A DNA stretch of 58,664 bases from an uncultured Candidatus Poseidoniales archaeon (GCA_902573085.1 CACGHY010000004.1:1-58664), one strand, 5' to 3'. Positions 20,897 through 33,799 are shown, counted from the first letter of the stretch. Notes: generated from the sequence alone by a model not told the origin. A program made the numbers and translations.

Positions 20897-21520
20897 ATGA
20901 CAGGCTCGATAGTATTGTTCGGACCTCCCGGAGCGGGCAAGGGAACTCAGGCCGATAAGATTGTACAGTTGACTAGTAAGCCCCAGGTTTCAACCGGGGA
21001 TATGCTTAGATCGGCCCTATCGGAGGAGACGGAGCTGGGTTTAGAGGCCAAGAGATATATGGAGTCAGGACAACTAGTACCAGATATTGTGATTATTGGA
21101 CTAATAAAGGACAGAATGCATGAATCTGACGCCAGCAATGGGGTCTTATTCGATGGTTTTCCAAGGACAATTCCTCAAGCAGAGGCCCTCGAATCAATTA
21201 CTGAGGTATCGGCCGTCATCTCCATAGAGGTTCCAGATGAAGACATAGTAAACAGGATTGTAGGAAGAAGGATGGACCCCGAAACCGGTGAAATCTACCA
21301 TGTCAGTTTCAAACCCCCTCCAACTGAAATCGCACATCGTCTCGTACAGAGGGAGGACGACAACGAAGAAACAGTAAGGATGCGGCTATTATCCTATCAC
21401 GAACAAACAAAGCCACTCGGCGATTGGTACATGAAAAAAGGTATACTACATTCTGTAGAAGGAACTGGTTCCATTGACGAAGTGGCACGTTCCATTTCCA
21501 AGATATTTACTTATCTTTAA
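20897..21520 (+). CDS. adk: Adenylate kinase (bacterial-type)
   Basis: GPPGAGKGTQ, STGDMLR, DGFPRT, LID RRMDPETGEIYH, QREDD. Confidence 0.96.
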   Translation: MTGSIVLFGPPGAGKGTQADKIVQLTSKPQVSTGDMLRSALSEETELGLEAKRYMESGQLVPDIVIIGLIKDRMHESDASNGVLFDGFPRTIPQAEALESITEVSAVISIEVPDEDIVNRIVGRRMDPETGEIYHVSFKPPPTEIAHRLVQREDDNEETVRMRLLSYHEQTKPLGDWYMKKGILHSVEGTGSIDEVARSISKIFTYL

Positions 21521-21530
21521 GGTGGAAAAA

Positions 21531-21860
21531 ATGGCCAAAAGAAGTCGACGAATAAGGCCAAACAAAAACGAACAAGCAAAAGAATCAATCGATTTCCTGG
21601 AGAAAATATTTGACATATCTCCACCTCACAATTTGAAAATCCTCGATACGGCCGCTAAGCAAATTCTGGCTATCGGAAAGAAACACGGAAAAAGGCCAAC
21701 CCGCGAAATAAAAAAAATGATTTGTCGGTCTTGTAAAAAATCTCTATTGCCGGGACAAACATCCAGAATCAGAGCCACATCAAAAGTTATTTTCAGAACA
21801 TGCCTTAGGTGTGGGCGAGTGAACCGAGAGATTCTGAGCATTAATGGTGATAAAAAATGA
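21531..21860 (+). CDS. rnp4: Ribonuclease P protein component 4 (Rpp21)
   Basis: CRSC..LLPG...RIR...CLRCG zinc ribbon; basic; adjacent to yhbY as is common in archaea. Confidence 0.85.
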   Translation: MAKRSRRIRPNKNEQAKESIDFLEKIFDISPPHNLKILDTAAKQILAIGKKHGKRPTREIKKMICRSCKKSLLPGQTSRIRATSKVIFRTCLRCGRVNREILSINGDKK

Positions 21861-22138
21861 AGAAACGACCATCGTCACATCTGATTAGATTGGCAAAAAG
21901 TGAGTCGTTGCGAGTCTCCATTAGAATCGGCAAAGATGGGGTCAATACCAGTTTGATTTCTGAGTTAGAGAACCAACTGGAAAAAAGGAACGTTGTCAAG
22001 CTCAAAATAAACAAAGGAATGGCACAAAAAAAGGAGGATAGAAACCAGATTTTCAAGAGGATTGCGGCTGAATCTAAATCTTCTCTGATATTTCAAAGAG
22101 GTAATGTTGCAGTCTTTTGTAAGGACCGAGGCCAGTAG
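21857..22138 (+). CDS. yhbY: YhbY/CRM-domain RNA-binding protein
   Basis: IRIGKDGV...ELENQLEKRNVVKLKI...QRGNVAVF. Confidence 0.88.
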   Translation: MKKRPSSHLIRLAKSESLRVSIRIGKDGVNTSLISELENQLEKRNVVKLKINKGMAQKKEDRNQIFKRIAAESKSSLIFQRGNVAVFCKDRGQ

Positions 22139-22170
22139 CTTTCATATTCATCACATAAGAGGAGACCATA

Positions 22171-23779
22171 ATGAACATCTTCAGTATGCCTAGAAGCCGC
22201 ATTTCTTTGGTGACCTACTCTCTAATATTGCTAACAATATTGTTACCATCCGTAATGGCGGCATCCTCTAGCTCTGGAATTTGGGAGCCGCCAGAGATGC
22301 CCAGCTGGGCAGTGCCTGCATCTTTCGCTATTCTAATCGCGGTCTACACGCTGATTATTTTCGAGGTCGTCCACAGAGCACTTGCTGCTGCACTAGGGGG
22401 GATAGCGGCCGTCGTAACCCTACACGTTGTAGGCGATGGGCCCGACCTTGGAACTATCGTTACCTGGATCGATGAGGAAACAATCGGATTATTGATCGGC
22501 ATGATGGTGATAGTCGACATACTTGGGAAAACAGGAGTATTCGAGTGGGCCGCCGTGCAAGCCTATGCACTTAGTGGGGGTTCCATATGGCGTCTTTCGG
22601 TCATACTCTGTACCATAACAGCTGTGTTTTCCGCCTTCTTAGACAACGTAACGACAATTTTGCTTATCGTTCCAGTTACCATCCAGATTGCCAAGGTCCT
22701 GGACCTAGAACCCGTGCCACTCATTATCGCAGAAGTAATGTTTTCCAACATTGGGGGGGGCAGCAACACAAATCGGGGATCCTCCGAACATCATAATCGG
22801 CGCCCAACTATCTTCACAGGCCCTATCTGGAACCGGTTTAGCAGATCAGGGCATTACGTTCCTTGATTTCATCATCCATGTTGGACCAGCTGTGGTAATC
22901 GCGATGGCTCCTTCCTTCTGGTTGCTATCTAAGTTGGAGTCCGACGGACTCTCCGGCGAGAAACATCGGAACGTGGACCTACTGAGGCTCAGATATGGCA
23001 TAAAGGATGTGAATTTGCTGAAGAAATCAGGTTTGATTTTGTCACTAGTCATCATTGCCTTCTTTGCACACTCCGCATTCCACCACCCATTACTTACGGT
23101 CGCAACAATAGCATTGGGAGGTGCGGTTCTGATGCTTTTGGTAACTTCGCCTCACCATGTTGAGGAACAATTAGATGGAGTCGAATGGACAACAATAATT
23201 TTCTTCGCTGGATTATTTATCATGATACACGGTCTTGAAAACATGGGAATGATTGACACTATAGCAGATGGAATTTCTGATACCATAAAGGGAGCCTCAG
23301 AGGAAAACAGACTAATGATATCTGTGCTTCTGCTACTATGGGTGTCAGCGATTGCCTCGGCTTTTATTGATAATATACCATACACGGCTACTATGGTTCC
23401 TGTGGTAATCAAGCTAGCAGAAGATCCAGAATTAGGCTTGCAACTGGGGCCTCTTGCATGGGCATTGGCACTGGGAGCCTGCTTGGGTGGAAACGGCACC
23501 ATAATCGGGGCTTCTGCAAACGTTGTTGCTGCTGGACTCGCGGAGGAATCTGGTCATGACATATCTTTCAATAGATTCTTCAAAACAGGTTATCCAATAA
23601 TGCTCCTGAGTGTAGCTCTGGCGACAGTTTACTGCGTTGTCCGATATGCAATTCAATGGGACAATGGACTAATTCCAGCAACTATCATTGGGGCGATGAT
23701 GTTGGCATCCTTATCCCTAACGCCAATGATATATGGGCCACCGCCAAGAGAGTCTAAGATTGATTATGAGTTGGAGTGA
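22171..23779 (+). CDS. ArsB/NhaD (ion transporter superfamily, P-protein-like) permease, split by a frameshift at a G8 tract
   Basis: SAFLDNVTT, SNIGG/AATQIGDPPN, SAFIDNIP, GACLGGNGTIIGASAN; the two ORFs join if one G of 22753-22760 is removed. Confidence 0.88.
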
Positions 23780-23996
23780 ACAGACGGTGGACACATCAAT
23801 CACTAAATGTGCTGTCTGTGGGATGGAACTCCTTCAAATCGGAATATGCCCTGCTTGTGGTCATAACCAAAAAAAGGTTGAAAATCAAGAAGATGAAGAC
23901 AGAGAAGAAGAATTTGTTTTACCATACGGCATTGATTTTGCTCCTCGTGCAGTCGAAAAGATACGCATACCTTTCGGAATAAATCACGCCCCATAA
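23766..23996 (+). CDS. Small zinc-finger hypothetical protein
   Basis: CAVCG-x8-CPACG followed by two (L/I)P(Y/F)GI.xAP repeats; overlaps the transporter stop. Confidence 0.55.
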   Translation: MSWSEQTVDTSITKCAVCGMELLQIGICPACGHNQKKVENQEDEDREEEFVLPYGIDFAPRAVEKIRIPFGINHAP

Positions 23997-24017
23997 CACC
24001 AATAATTCGTTAATTTG

Positions 24018-24036
24018 CACTTTATTTATGCTATAT
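24018..24036 (+). promoter_or_regulatory. Candidate TATA box for the pre-23S transcript
   Basis: AT-rich TTTATTTATGCTATAT upstream of the structured leader; the position is plausible but unverified. Confidence 0.35.
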
Positions 24037-24177
24037 CCAATGTGGCTAGTCTCCCGTTTTGTTCAAATACCATAGGTTGGTCGCAAGCTTGCTTTGTGCG
24101 CTCTGATAGGTTGACTATCAGGGTAAGTGGTTGAGGCTGCTGCGCCCTGCGGGGAGACGTAGTGGCCTGAGAAACCA

Positions 24178-24220
24178 GAATTGATATGCCTGGACACCAG
24201 AGGCCTCACATTAGTGAGTA
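24178..24220 (+). other. 5' arm of the 23S processing stem (bulge-helix-bulge)
   Basis: GAATTGATATGC-C-TGGA-CAC-CAGAG...CTCACAT is complementary to 27126-27169. Confidence 0.85.
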
Positions 24221-24234
24221 CAAAAAGAAATAAT

Positions 24235-27113
<2,879 letters not shown>

Positions 27114-27125
27114 TAAATTTCGAGA

Positions 27126-27169
27126 TACACACTACATGTGAGTCTCTGTCCAAAAGAGCATATCAATTC
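27126..27169 (+). other. 3' arm of the 23S processing stem (bulge-helix-bulge)
   Basis: ATGTGAG-TCTCTG-TCCA-AAA-G-A-GCATATCAATTC pairs with 24178-24220. Confidence 0.85.
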
Positions 27170-27186
27170 ACATTCGAAGGAAGAGT

Positions 27187-27309
27187 TGTGCACGGCCACA
27201 GCGGAGGGGCCCTACCCGGTCCCATATCGAACCCGGAAGTCAAGCCCTCCTGCGTCGGTTCCGGTACTGTGGTGCGAAAGCCCACGGGAAAGACCGTCGC
27301 TGTGCCACT
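27187..27309 (+). rRNA. rrf: 5S ribosomal RNA
   Basis: GCACGGCCACAGCGG...CCCGGTCCCATATCGAACCCGGAAGTCAAGCC...GCGAAAGCCCACGGGAA...GCTGTGC; terminal helix GCACGGC/GCTGTGC; about 120 nt. Confidence 0.95.
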
Positions 27310-27367
27310 CTCCTTCATCTCCCCGCAACAAATTTTAATGATGGACGTAGTCAATTTAGGTGCCAAG

Positions 27368-28030
27368 ATGCCAATTTCCACCGGTGATATACTCGGGCAC
27401 TCTCAAGTCGGAGTATATCTTAGTGTCGTCGGAGATGTAATTTTCATACCCAGTACATTGGAAGAGGAGATAGCAAACGAGATCGAGCAATCATTCGACA
27501 TGGAATCTCATAGGATTACACTCGGCGGGTCTGCACTTCTGGGGAGTCTGATTAGTGGAAACAAGAAGGGATTGGCGGTGGCAGATATCGCAACACAAGA
27601 TGACTTAGACGAATTATCAAGCTTTGGAGATGTGGTAATTCTGGAGAGCGGGGTCAATGCCGCTGGCAATCTAATCGAATGTAATGACAAAGGGGCCATA
27701 GTAAGTCCAACAATTCCGGTAGCAGGAGCAGAGATGGTATCAGACGTGTTGGATGTGACGGCAATTCGCTCTGAGGTTGCAGGCCATGGAACGGTTGGAA
27801 GTATGATGGTGGCAAACAATAACGGAGTGCTGATACATCCTGATGTTAAGAGCGCGGAAGCCAAGGCGATTGAGCAAGCAATGCAGGCTCCTGTTGTGGT
27901 TGGAACTGTGACCTTCGGATCTCCGTTCGTTGGCGCTGGATGCTGTGCAAGCGATACACACGCGTTAGTTGGTTCAGGTTCAACTGGTCCAGAATTAAAT
28001 AGGATAGAGGATGCACTAGGACTCATTTAG
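27368..28030 (+). CDS. eif6: Translation initiation factor 6 (aIF6)
   Basis: GS.LLGSLISGNKKG, AGNLIECNDKGAIVSP, VGS..VANNNGVLIHP, TTGPEL-like STGPELNRIEDALG; start corrected to MPISTG. Confidence 0.93.
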   Translation: MPISTGDILGHSQVGVYLSVVGDVIFIPSTLEEEIANEIEQSFDMESHRITLGGSALLGSLISGNKKGLAVADIATQDDLDELSSFGDVVILESGVNAAGNLIECNDKGAIVSPTIPVAGAEMVSDVLDVTAIRSEVAGHGTVGSMMVANNNGVLIHPDVKSAEAKAIEQAMQAPVVVGTVTFGSPFVGAGCCASDTHALVGSGSTGPELNRIEDALGLI

Positions 28031-29246
28031 AAAATATTGAGTAATCGACATTATTCTTATCAATAGACGAGACAACCTCTGGCATTGGATATTTCAGTCC
28101 TGTCGCAGTGTTGAAAAGAACTACAGAATCATTCGTAGAGACGGAACCAGTCTTGATACATTCTCGGTAAGCTGCCACCACAGCAGCACCCTCTGGACAC
28201 AGAAGCAAACCCTCGGTTTTTCCAACTTGTTCCTGTATTTCCAAAGTCTCCTCGTCAGACACTGCCATAGCTAATCCTCCCGATGATCTCACAGCATCTA
28301 AAATCAGGAAATCACCGAGAGCCGATGGTACTCTAATGCCAGAGGAAACCGTCTCCGCATTTTCCCAGAATTCTGCGAATTCAGCGCCCTCTTCCCATGC
28401 CTTGACTATTGGCGCACATCCTGTTGATTGTACTGATACCATCTTGGGTAAATTACAGTCAATCCACCCAAGCTCTCTTAATTCGTGGAAGCATTTCCAC
28501 ATCCCAATAATTCCAGTCCCCCCTCCCGTTGGATAGAATATTACATCAGGAAGAGTCCAATTCATCTGCTCAGCAAGCTCAAGTCCCATGGTTTTCTTAC
28601 CTTCGATTCTGTATGGCTCTTTCAATGTCGAAACTGCGAACCAGTCTATCTCTTCCATGCCCTCCGAAATTATGTTTCCGCATTCGCCGATTAAACCATT
28701 TACAATATGAGTCGCAGCGCCTTGGATTTGGGTTTCTCTTATGTTGATCTCTGGAGTATTGTCCGGGCAAAGAACCGTGCAACGTATCCCCGCTCTGGAT
28801 GCATATGCCGCCAAGGCTGATCCCGCATTACCATTGGTTGGAATTGATAGATGCTTAATTCCTAGCTCTTTTGCCATCGAGACTGCCATACCAAGTCCTC
28901 TTGCCTTGAATGACCCAGTGGGGAGCCTCGACTCATCCTTGATGAAAACCGATTCAGCCTCGAATCCTAAAATATCAGGGAGATTTTCAAGTCTGATCAA
29001 AGGAGTAATTACCTCTCCGAGAGAGACCATGTTCTCCTCCGAGGTAACTGGTAGAAGTGGCATATACCTCCAGAAACCGGGATATTTGGAATCTTCAATA
29101 GAACCTCTGGAGACCTCTTTAGACAGTCTCTTTAAATCATATTTTACGACTATTGGCTTCCCTATTGTGGATATGGTGTGTACTATCCCCTGATCAAACC
29201 GCTCTCCCGAATACGCGCATTCTAGATGACTAACGTAACTTCTCAT
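28023..29246 (-). CDS. thrC: Threonine synthase-like PLP enzyme
   Basis: SLGE..TPL, KDESRLPTGSFKARG (PLP Lys), PYRIEGKKT, PTGGGTG, LFNTATGLKY. Confidence 0.85.
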   Translation of the reverse strand: MRSYVSHLECAYSGERFDQGIVHTISTIGKPIVVKYDLKRLSKEVSRGSIEDSKYPGFWRYMPLLPVTSEENMVSLGEVITPLIRLENLPDILGFEAESVFIKDESRLPTGSFKARGLGMAVSMAKELGIKHLSIPTNGNAGSALAAYASRAGIRCTVLCPDNTPEINIRETQIQGAATHIVNGLIGECGNIISEGMEEIDWFAVSTLKEPYRIEGKKTMGLELAEQMNWTLPDVIFYPTGGGTGIIGMWKCFHELRELGWIDCNLPKMVSVQSTGCAPIVKAWEEGAEFAEFWENAETVSSGIRVPSALGDFLILDAVRSSGGLAMAVSDEETLEIQEQVGKTEGLLLCPEGAAVVAAYRECIKTGSVSTNDSVVLFNTATGLKYPMPEVVSSIDKNNVDYSIFSK

Positions 29247-29284
29247 GAAACCCAATTAGAAAGATGTTCAATGAACATGCCGCT

Positions 29285-29518
29285 CTAAACCGCAGTTGGG
29301 GCAATGTGATCATCATTTTTTGAGCCTGAACTCCTCACTCTGTTCCATGCTTCTTTCATGAGGTTATCATGACAGTCCTTGCAATAGTTGAATCGTTTGT
29401 ATGCCTCTCTGAAAGAATATGCCTTCTTTCCGCTTGAGACAAGATAACCATTAGGAGACAGCCTGCTGACAAGTGTTGCTTTGGAATAGCAATCATTGAA
29501 ATCGCAAGCAGCCATCAT
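29285..29518 (-). CDS. Small Cys-containing hypothetical protein (putative zinc finger)
   Basis: CDFNDC...YCKDCH; start overlaps the stop of the biotin carrier gene (ATGA coupling). Confidence 0.55.
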   Translation of the reverse strand: MMAACDFNDCYSKATLVSRLSPNGYLVSSGKKAYSFREAYKRFNYCKDCHDNLMKEAWNRVRSSGSKNDDHIAPTAV

Positions 29519-29934
29519 TCTACCTCCTTTTTGTTACCCAAAATTTCCATCATTGGTACATTTGCCTCGATTCTCTCCCCGGGCTGGCACATGATTTTCT
29601 CAATTCTGCCGTCAATACCTGCCTTAATTTCGTTTTGCATCTTCATTGCTTCAAGTACGATTACAACACTGTCGCTGCTTACTTTGTCACCCTCAGAAAC
29701 TAGTACTGACACTATTTTACCGGGAATCGCTGAGGATATGATCCCCGAACTAGGCGTAATCCCTTTGTTTGGATCACGCTTCTTCCTCTGATGTCGGCTC
29801 GGTTGTTGATCTATCTCGACTTCGAATACATTCCCTTCTAAGGAAACCTCCCACTTCCCATTATCGTAATGAATATCAACTTCGTACTCTACACCATTAA
29901 CGGTTACTTTCCTCTTCTCAGACAAACTACTCAC
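29515..29934 (-). CDS. Biotin carboxyl carrier protein
   Basis: EAMKM biotinylation motif, IPGKIV, N-terminal KVTVNGVEYEV. Confidence 0.93.
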   Translation of the reverse strand: MSSLSEKRKVTVNGVEYEVDIHYDNGKWEVSLEGNVFEVEIDQQPSRHQRKKRDPNKGITPSSGIISSAIPGKIVSVLVSEGDKVSSDSVVIVLEAMKMQNEIKAGIDGRIEKIMCQPGERIEANVPMMEILGNKKEVE

Positions 29935-30128
29935 CTCTTTGAGCTCCTTTTCGCTTTTGAGTTTAGCAATGAGGAGTTTCCTGTTGCCATCATTCTGTGA
30001 GAAATCGACCAGTTACTACCTGGTTCTCTCCCCTTAGAAGGAGCAATTACATCCCCCGACTCGACGCTCAATAGTACTGCTGAAATAACTGCGATTATTT
30101 CTTCAGGCTGTATTTTCTGAACACTCAT
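29931..30128 (-). CDS. Small acyl-CoA carboxylase accessory subunit (epsilon/PccX- or MmdD-like)
   Basis: EEIIAVISAV...SNW pattern; located between the carboxyltransferase and the biotin carrier. Confidence 0.55.
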   Translation of the reverse strand: MSVQKIQPEEIIAVISAVLLSVESGDVIAPSKGREPGSNWSISHRMMATGNSSLLNSKAKRSSKR

Positions 30129-30132
30129 AATC

Positions 30133-31686
30133 TCACAACGGGATATTTCCATGCTTCTTCTCGGGCCTGGGCTCTTCTTTCTCCAGAATAGCACCTAATG
30201 CCCTGACTAGGGCAGACCTAGTTTCAGAAGGTACGATTACATCGTCTAAATATCCCAATGCAGCAGCTTTGTATGGGTTAGCGAATGAATCCTCATAATC
30301 GTCAACTAGCCTCTGCCTCTCCTGATCGGGATTTTTGGCACTTTCTATTCTTCTTCTATGGATAATTTGAACCGCGCCCTTTGCACCCATTACTGCGAGT
30401 TCAGCAGTCGGCCAAGCAATATTGTAATCCCCTCTTATGTGCTTTGATGACATTACATCATAGGCGCCACCATACGCCTTTCTTGTAATAACCGTCATCT
30501 TTGGGACTGTTGCCTCGGCGAAGGCATAGAGTAGCTTGGCACCATGCCTGATTATACCCCCCCACTCCTGGCTGGCACCGGGTAGAAATCCAGGTACATC
30601 GACAAAAGTCAACAGTGGTATGTTGAATGCGTCGCAAAACCGTACAAATCTCGCTGCTTTGACCGACGCATCGATATCTAAACAACCTGCAAGATGCATT
30701 GGTTGGTTTGCAACTACTCCAATGGACTGCCCTCCAAGCCTACCTAGTCCAATTATTATATTAGGTGCAAAACCATCCTGAATTTCTAGAAAACTATCCA
30801 AGTCTAGAATCTCCTGAATTACATCACCCATATCGTAGGGTCGGCTGGGATCTTCGGGAACAAGGGAGTCGAGAGAATCACAACTTCTGTCTAGGGGATC
30901 GCTAGTTTCAATTGAAGGGGCAATATCAAGATTGTTGGATGGAATTAGTGATACCAGATCCCTAACTATGTCCAATGCTGCATGATCATCCTTTGCCGTG
31001 AAGTGAGTAACTCCCGATTTTGTTGCATGTGTGGTCGCCCCTCCTAAATCTTCGAAACCTACTTCTTCATTAGTAACGGTTTTGATAACTTCCGGACCAG
31101 TAATGAACATGTGTGAGGTCTCTTCAACCATTACAACAAAATCAGTAATTGCCGGAGAATATACTGCTCCTCCAGCACATGGTCCCATGATGACAGAAAT
31201 CTGAGGGATGACTCCACTAGATCTGACATTTCTAAAGAAAATCTCAGCATAGGAACCCAAGCTTGCGACCCCTTCCTGTATCCTTGCACCGCCACTATCA
31301 TTCAGGCCAATTACTGGGGCTCCTGTTTTCAGTGCCATGTCTAGAATTTTGCATATCTTAAGCCCATGCATCTCACCTAGGGAGCCTCCGTACACAGTGA
31401 AATCCTGAGCGAAGCAGTAAACCAATTTACCATCGATATTGCCGTAACCACATACTACTCCATCTCCTGGGATTACATTCCTATCCATATCGAAATCTCT
31501 GCACCTGTGCTCCACCAAAGCATCAATTTCTGTGAATGAGTCATCATCCAGCAATTCGTGGATTCTCTCTCTCGCAGTCATCTTTCCTTTAGCGTGTTGG
31601 GCAGAAATCCTCTTCTGGCCACCTCCTGATAGGGACTTCGCCTTCCGACGTCTAAGCTCGTCAATCTTGTCAGAGTTTCCACTCAC
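30133..31686 (-). CDS. pccB: Propionyl-CoA carboxylase/methylmalonyl-CoA decarboxylase carboxyltransferase subunit
   Basis: [66 protein letters not shown]; GTG start. Confidence 0.93.
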   Translation of the reverse strand: MSGNSDKIDELRRRKAKSLSGGGQKRISAQHAKGKMTARERIHELLDDDSFTEIDALVEHRCRDFDMDRNVIPGDGVVCGYGNIDGKLVYCFAQDFTVYGGSLGEMHGLKICKILDMALKTGAPVIGLNDSGGARIQEGVASLGSYAEIFFRNVRSSGVIPQISVIMGPCAGGAVYSPAITDFVVMVEETSHMFITGPEVIKTVTNEEVGFEDLGGATTHATKSGVTHFTAKDDHAALDIVRDLVSLIPSNNLDIAPSIETSDPLDRSCDSLDSLVPEDPSRPYDMGDVIQEILDLDSFLEIQDGFAPNIIIGLGRLGGQSIGVVANQPMHLAGCLDIDASVKAARFVRFCDAFNIPLLTFVDVPGFLPGASQEWGGIIRHGAKLLYAFAEATVPKMTVITRKAYGGAYDVMSSKHIRGDYNIAWPTAELAVMGAKGAVQIIHRRRIESAKNPDQERQRLVDDYEDSFANPYKAAALGYLDDVIVPSETRSALVRALGAILEKEEPRPEKKHGNIPL

Positions 31687-31786
31687 GATTGGTAGTGGGA
31701 ATAGGCCGCACATGAGCATTCCTGAAAAAATACAATTTGACATGCGGTTGCTTGAAGTCATATTACCACTTGCAACTTACATAAAC

Positions 31787-32227
31787 ATGCGAATTGTGAT
31801 TGCTAAACCTGGACTAGATGGGCACGATCGAGGGGCCAAAGTAGTATCTAGGGCATTGAGAGATGGGGGTCATGATGTCATATATACTGGTCTCAGAAAG
31901 ACTCCAGAGGAGATTGTGCGCATTGTAAACGATGAAGATGCAGAAGTACTCGGTCTATCCACGCTCTCTGGAGCCCATAATTCTCTAATACCAAAGATTT
32001 GCGAAGAGTTAATCGAGAATAGACTAGGAGGAGTGATTGTCTTCGCGGGAGGAATTATTCCGGAAAGAGACATGGAAAACCTATTTCGTTCGGGCGTCAG
32101 GGCGGTTTTTGGGCCCGGAACGCCCACTTCTCAGGTTATTGATTTCTTGAACGAGGCCCTAATACGAAAACAAAATGGGAATCCAATTGGAGTCGGAGAC
32201 GATTCGGGATGGAATTGGAATGACTGA
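31787..32227 (+). CDS. Methylmalonyl-CoA mutase, cobalamin-binding subunit
   Basis: AKPGLDGHDRGAKV (DxHxxG), GLSTLSGAH, GGIIP, FGPGT. Confidence 0.94.
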   Translation: MRIVIAKPGLDGHDRGAKVVSRALRDGGHDVIYTGLRKTPEEIVRIVNDEDAEVLGLSTLSGAHNSLIPKICEELIENRLGGVIVFAGGIIPERDMENLFRSGVRAVFGPGTPTSQVIDFLNEALIRKQNGNPIGVGDDSGWNWND

Positions 32228-33104
32228 CATCAGTGAGCTATTAGAATCAGCAAAATTAGGCGATCGAAGAAGCCTATCAAAACTAATTTCCGCAATTTCA
32301 GAATCCGATGACCCTCCAAGAATTAACTCCAATGCAGGGTGGATTCTTGGAGTAACCGGGCCTCCTGGATCGGGTAAATCAACTCTTATCGGACAGATGG
32401 TCAGAGCATGGGCATCGACTGGTGAGTACGTTGCAGTGCTAGCCCTAGACCCCACCTCTCCATTGTCTGGTGGTTCTTTGCTCGCTGATAGAATAAGAAT
32501 GGAGGGCGATGACTTGAGGGAGAACGTGTTTGTCAGGTCTATACCGTCTGGTAAAACTCCGGGTGCCATCTCCCCAATTCTCTGGCCGATATGTGGCGCC
32601 CTCTCTGAGTGCGGGTGGACTCGAATAATTGTAGAGACCGTTGGAACTGGACAGTCTGAGTACAGAATAGCCGCTTTAGTAGACCGATTACTTCTCGTTG
32701 ACGGACCGGACAGGGGAGATATCATCCAAGCAGAGAAAGCGGGGATTCTTGAGTTGGCTGATGTGATTGCTGTAAACAAATCAGATTTGCCAGGTGCATC
32801 TTCAGCAGCACAACATATACGCTCTTCATTGAGTCTCGCAAGCGACGATAATCGCGAGGTTGTCTTAGTCTCCGCAAAAGAGAGACGTGGTATCCAAGAA
32901 CTTATTGAGATAATTGAGAACTCCAAACCTCAGAAAACGCGAGATAAGATGATGGCGATGGAGAGATTAATCTCTGAATGGGATTCGTTCCTAGTTTCCC
33001 ATCCTGAAATAGACAATATCTTATTGGAATTATGTAACGGTTCTATAACTACTAAAGAAGCCATCGAAGTATTGGTTTCGTCCATTAAGGATGGTGTTTT
33101 GTAA
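32220..33104 (+). CDS. meaB: MeaB/ArgK-family GTPase (mutase chaperone)
   Basis: TGPPGSGKST, DPTSPLSGGSLLADRIRM, ETVGTGQSE, KAGILE, NKSD. Confidence 0.92.
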   Translation: MTDISELLESAKLGDRRSLSKLISAISESDDPPRINSNAGWILGVTGPPGSGKSTLIGQMVRAWASTGEYVAVLALDPTSPLSGGSLLADRIRMEGDDLRENVFVRSIPSGKTPGAISPILWPICGALSECGWTRIIVETVGTGQSEYRIAALVDRLLLVDGPDRGDIIQAEKAGILELADVIAVNKSDLPGASSAAQHIRSSLSLASDDNREVVLVSAKERRGIQELIEIIENSKPQKTRDKMMAMERLISEWDSFLVSHPEIDNILLELCNGSITTKEAIEVLVSSIKDGVL

Positions 33105-33749
33105 ATGTCATCAGATGGAAATAATATTTTCGTAGATCATGTAAATCACTCAATTGGTGGTTTTGGAGGTCATGCCTTCAGAAGACTTACACACATCTCC
33201 ATGGCTTGTATACCCTATCTATACTATGTCCATGGAGAAGATATAGCATCATTTTTTGGTCTAGAGATGAGGGCACTAGTTAGCGTAGTTTGCATCATGA
33301 TCCTGGTTATTGAGGCTATAAGACTTAGAACAGGAATTGTAATTGTGGGACAGAGGGAGTACGAGTCCAGACAGATTTCCGCGCTAGCATGGGGGGCTCT
33401 AGCAGTAGCATTGGCCTTGCTAATTTCTCCCAGGGGAGAGGGAGACGGAATGGAGGCAGGGCTGTATGGAGCACCAATTGTCCTAGGGATGACTCTAGTC
33501 GATCCAACAATGGGCGAGGTGAAGAGGAAGATGATGGACCTTAGATTGGCAATAATCGCAGGGCTAGTTGTTTCTTACTGCGTGTGGCTTGGATGTTATT
33601 TCTGGATTGGTACTGATTTAATTGTAGCAATCTTGCTAGCACCTCTGACCGTCCTTGGTGAGTTGCCCTCAACGAGGGTAATTGATGACAATGCCACAAT
33701 GGTTCTTTTCCCTCTCTGTGGTCTTGTGATTCTATTGCCATTGTTGTGA
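33105..33749 (+). CDS. Polyprenol/dolichol kinase-like membrane protein
   Basis: FRRLTH, REYE...SA, D...GE, terminal IDDNATM motif; multiple TM helices. Confidence 0.65.
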   Translation: MSSDGNNIFVDHVNHSIGGFGGHAFRRLTHISMACIPYLYYVHGEDIASFFGLEMRALVSVVCIMILVIEAIRLRTGIVIVGQREYESRQISALAWGALAVALALLISPRGEGDGMEAGLYGAPIVLGMTLVDPTMGEVKRKMMDLRLAIIAGLVVSYCVWLGCYFWIGTDLIVAILLAPLTVLGELPSTRVIDDNATMVLFPLCGLVILLPLL

Positions 33750-33799
33750 TTCTGCTCCCGTCATGTTTACATTCTAATTTCAAATCCAAGAGGCATAAT

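Noticed and set aside
29365-29385. CKDCH as a c-type heme site
   Set aside because: The protein has no export signal and a second Cys pair; zinc binding is more plausible.
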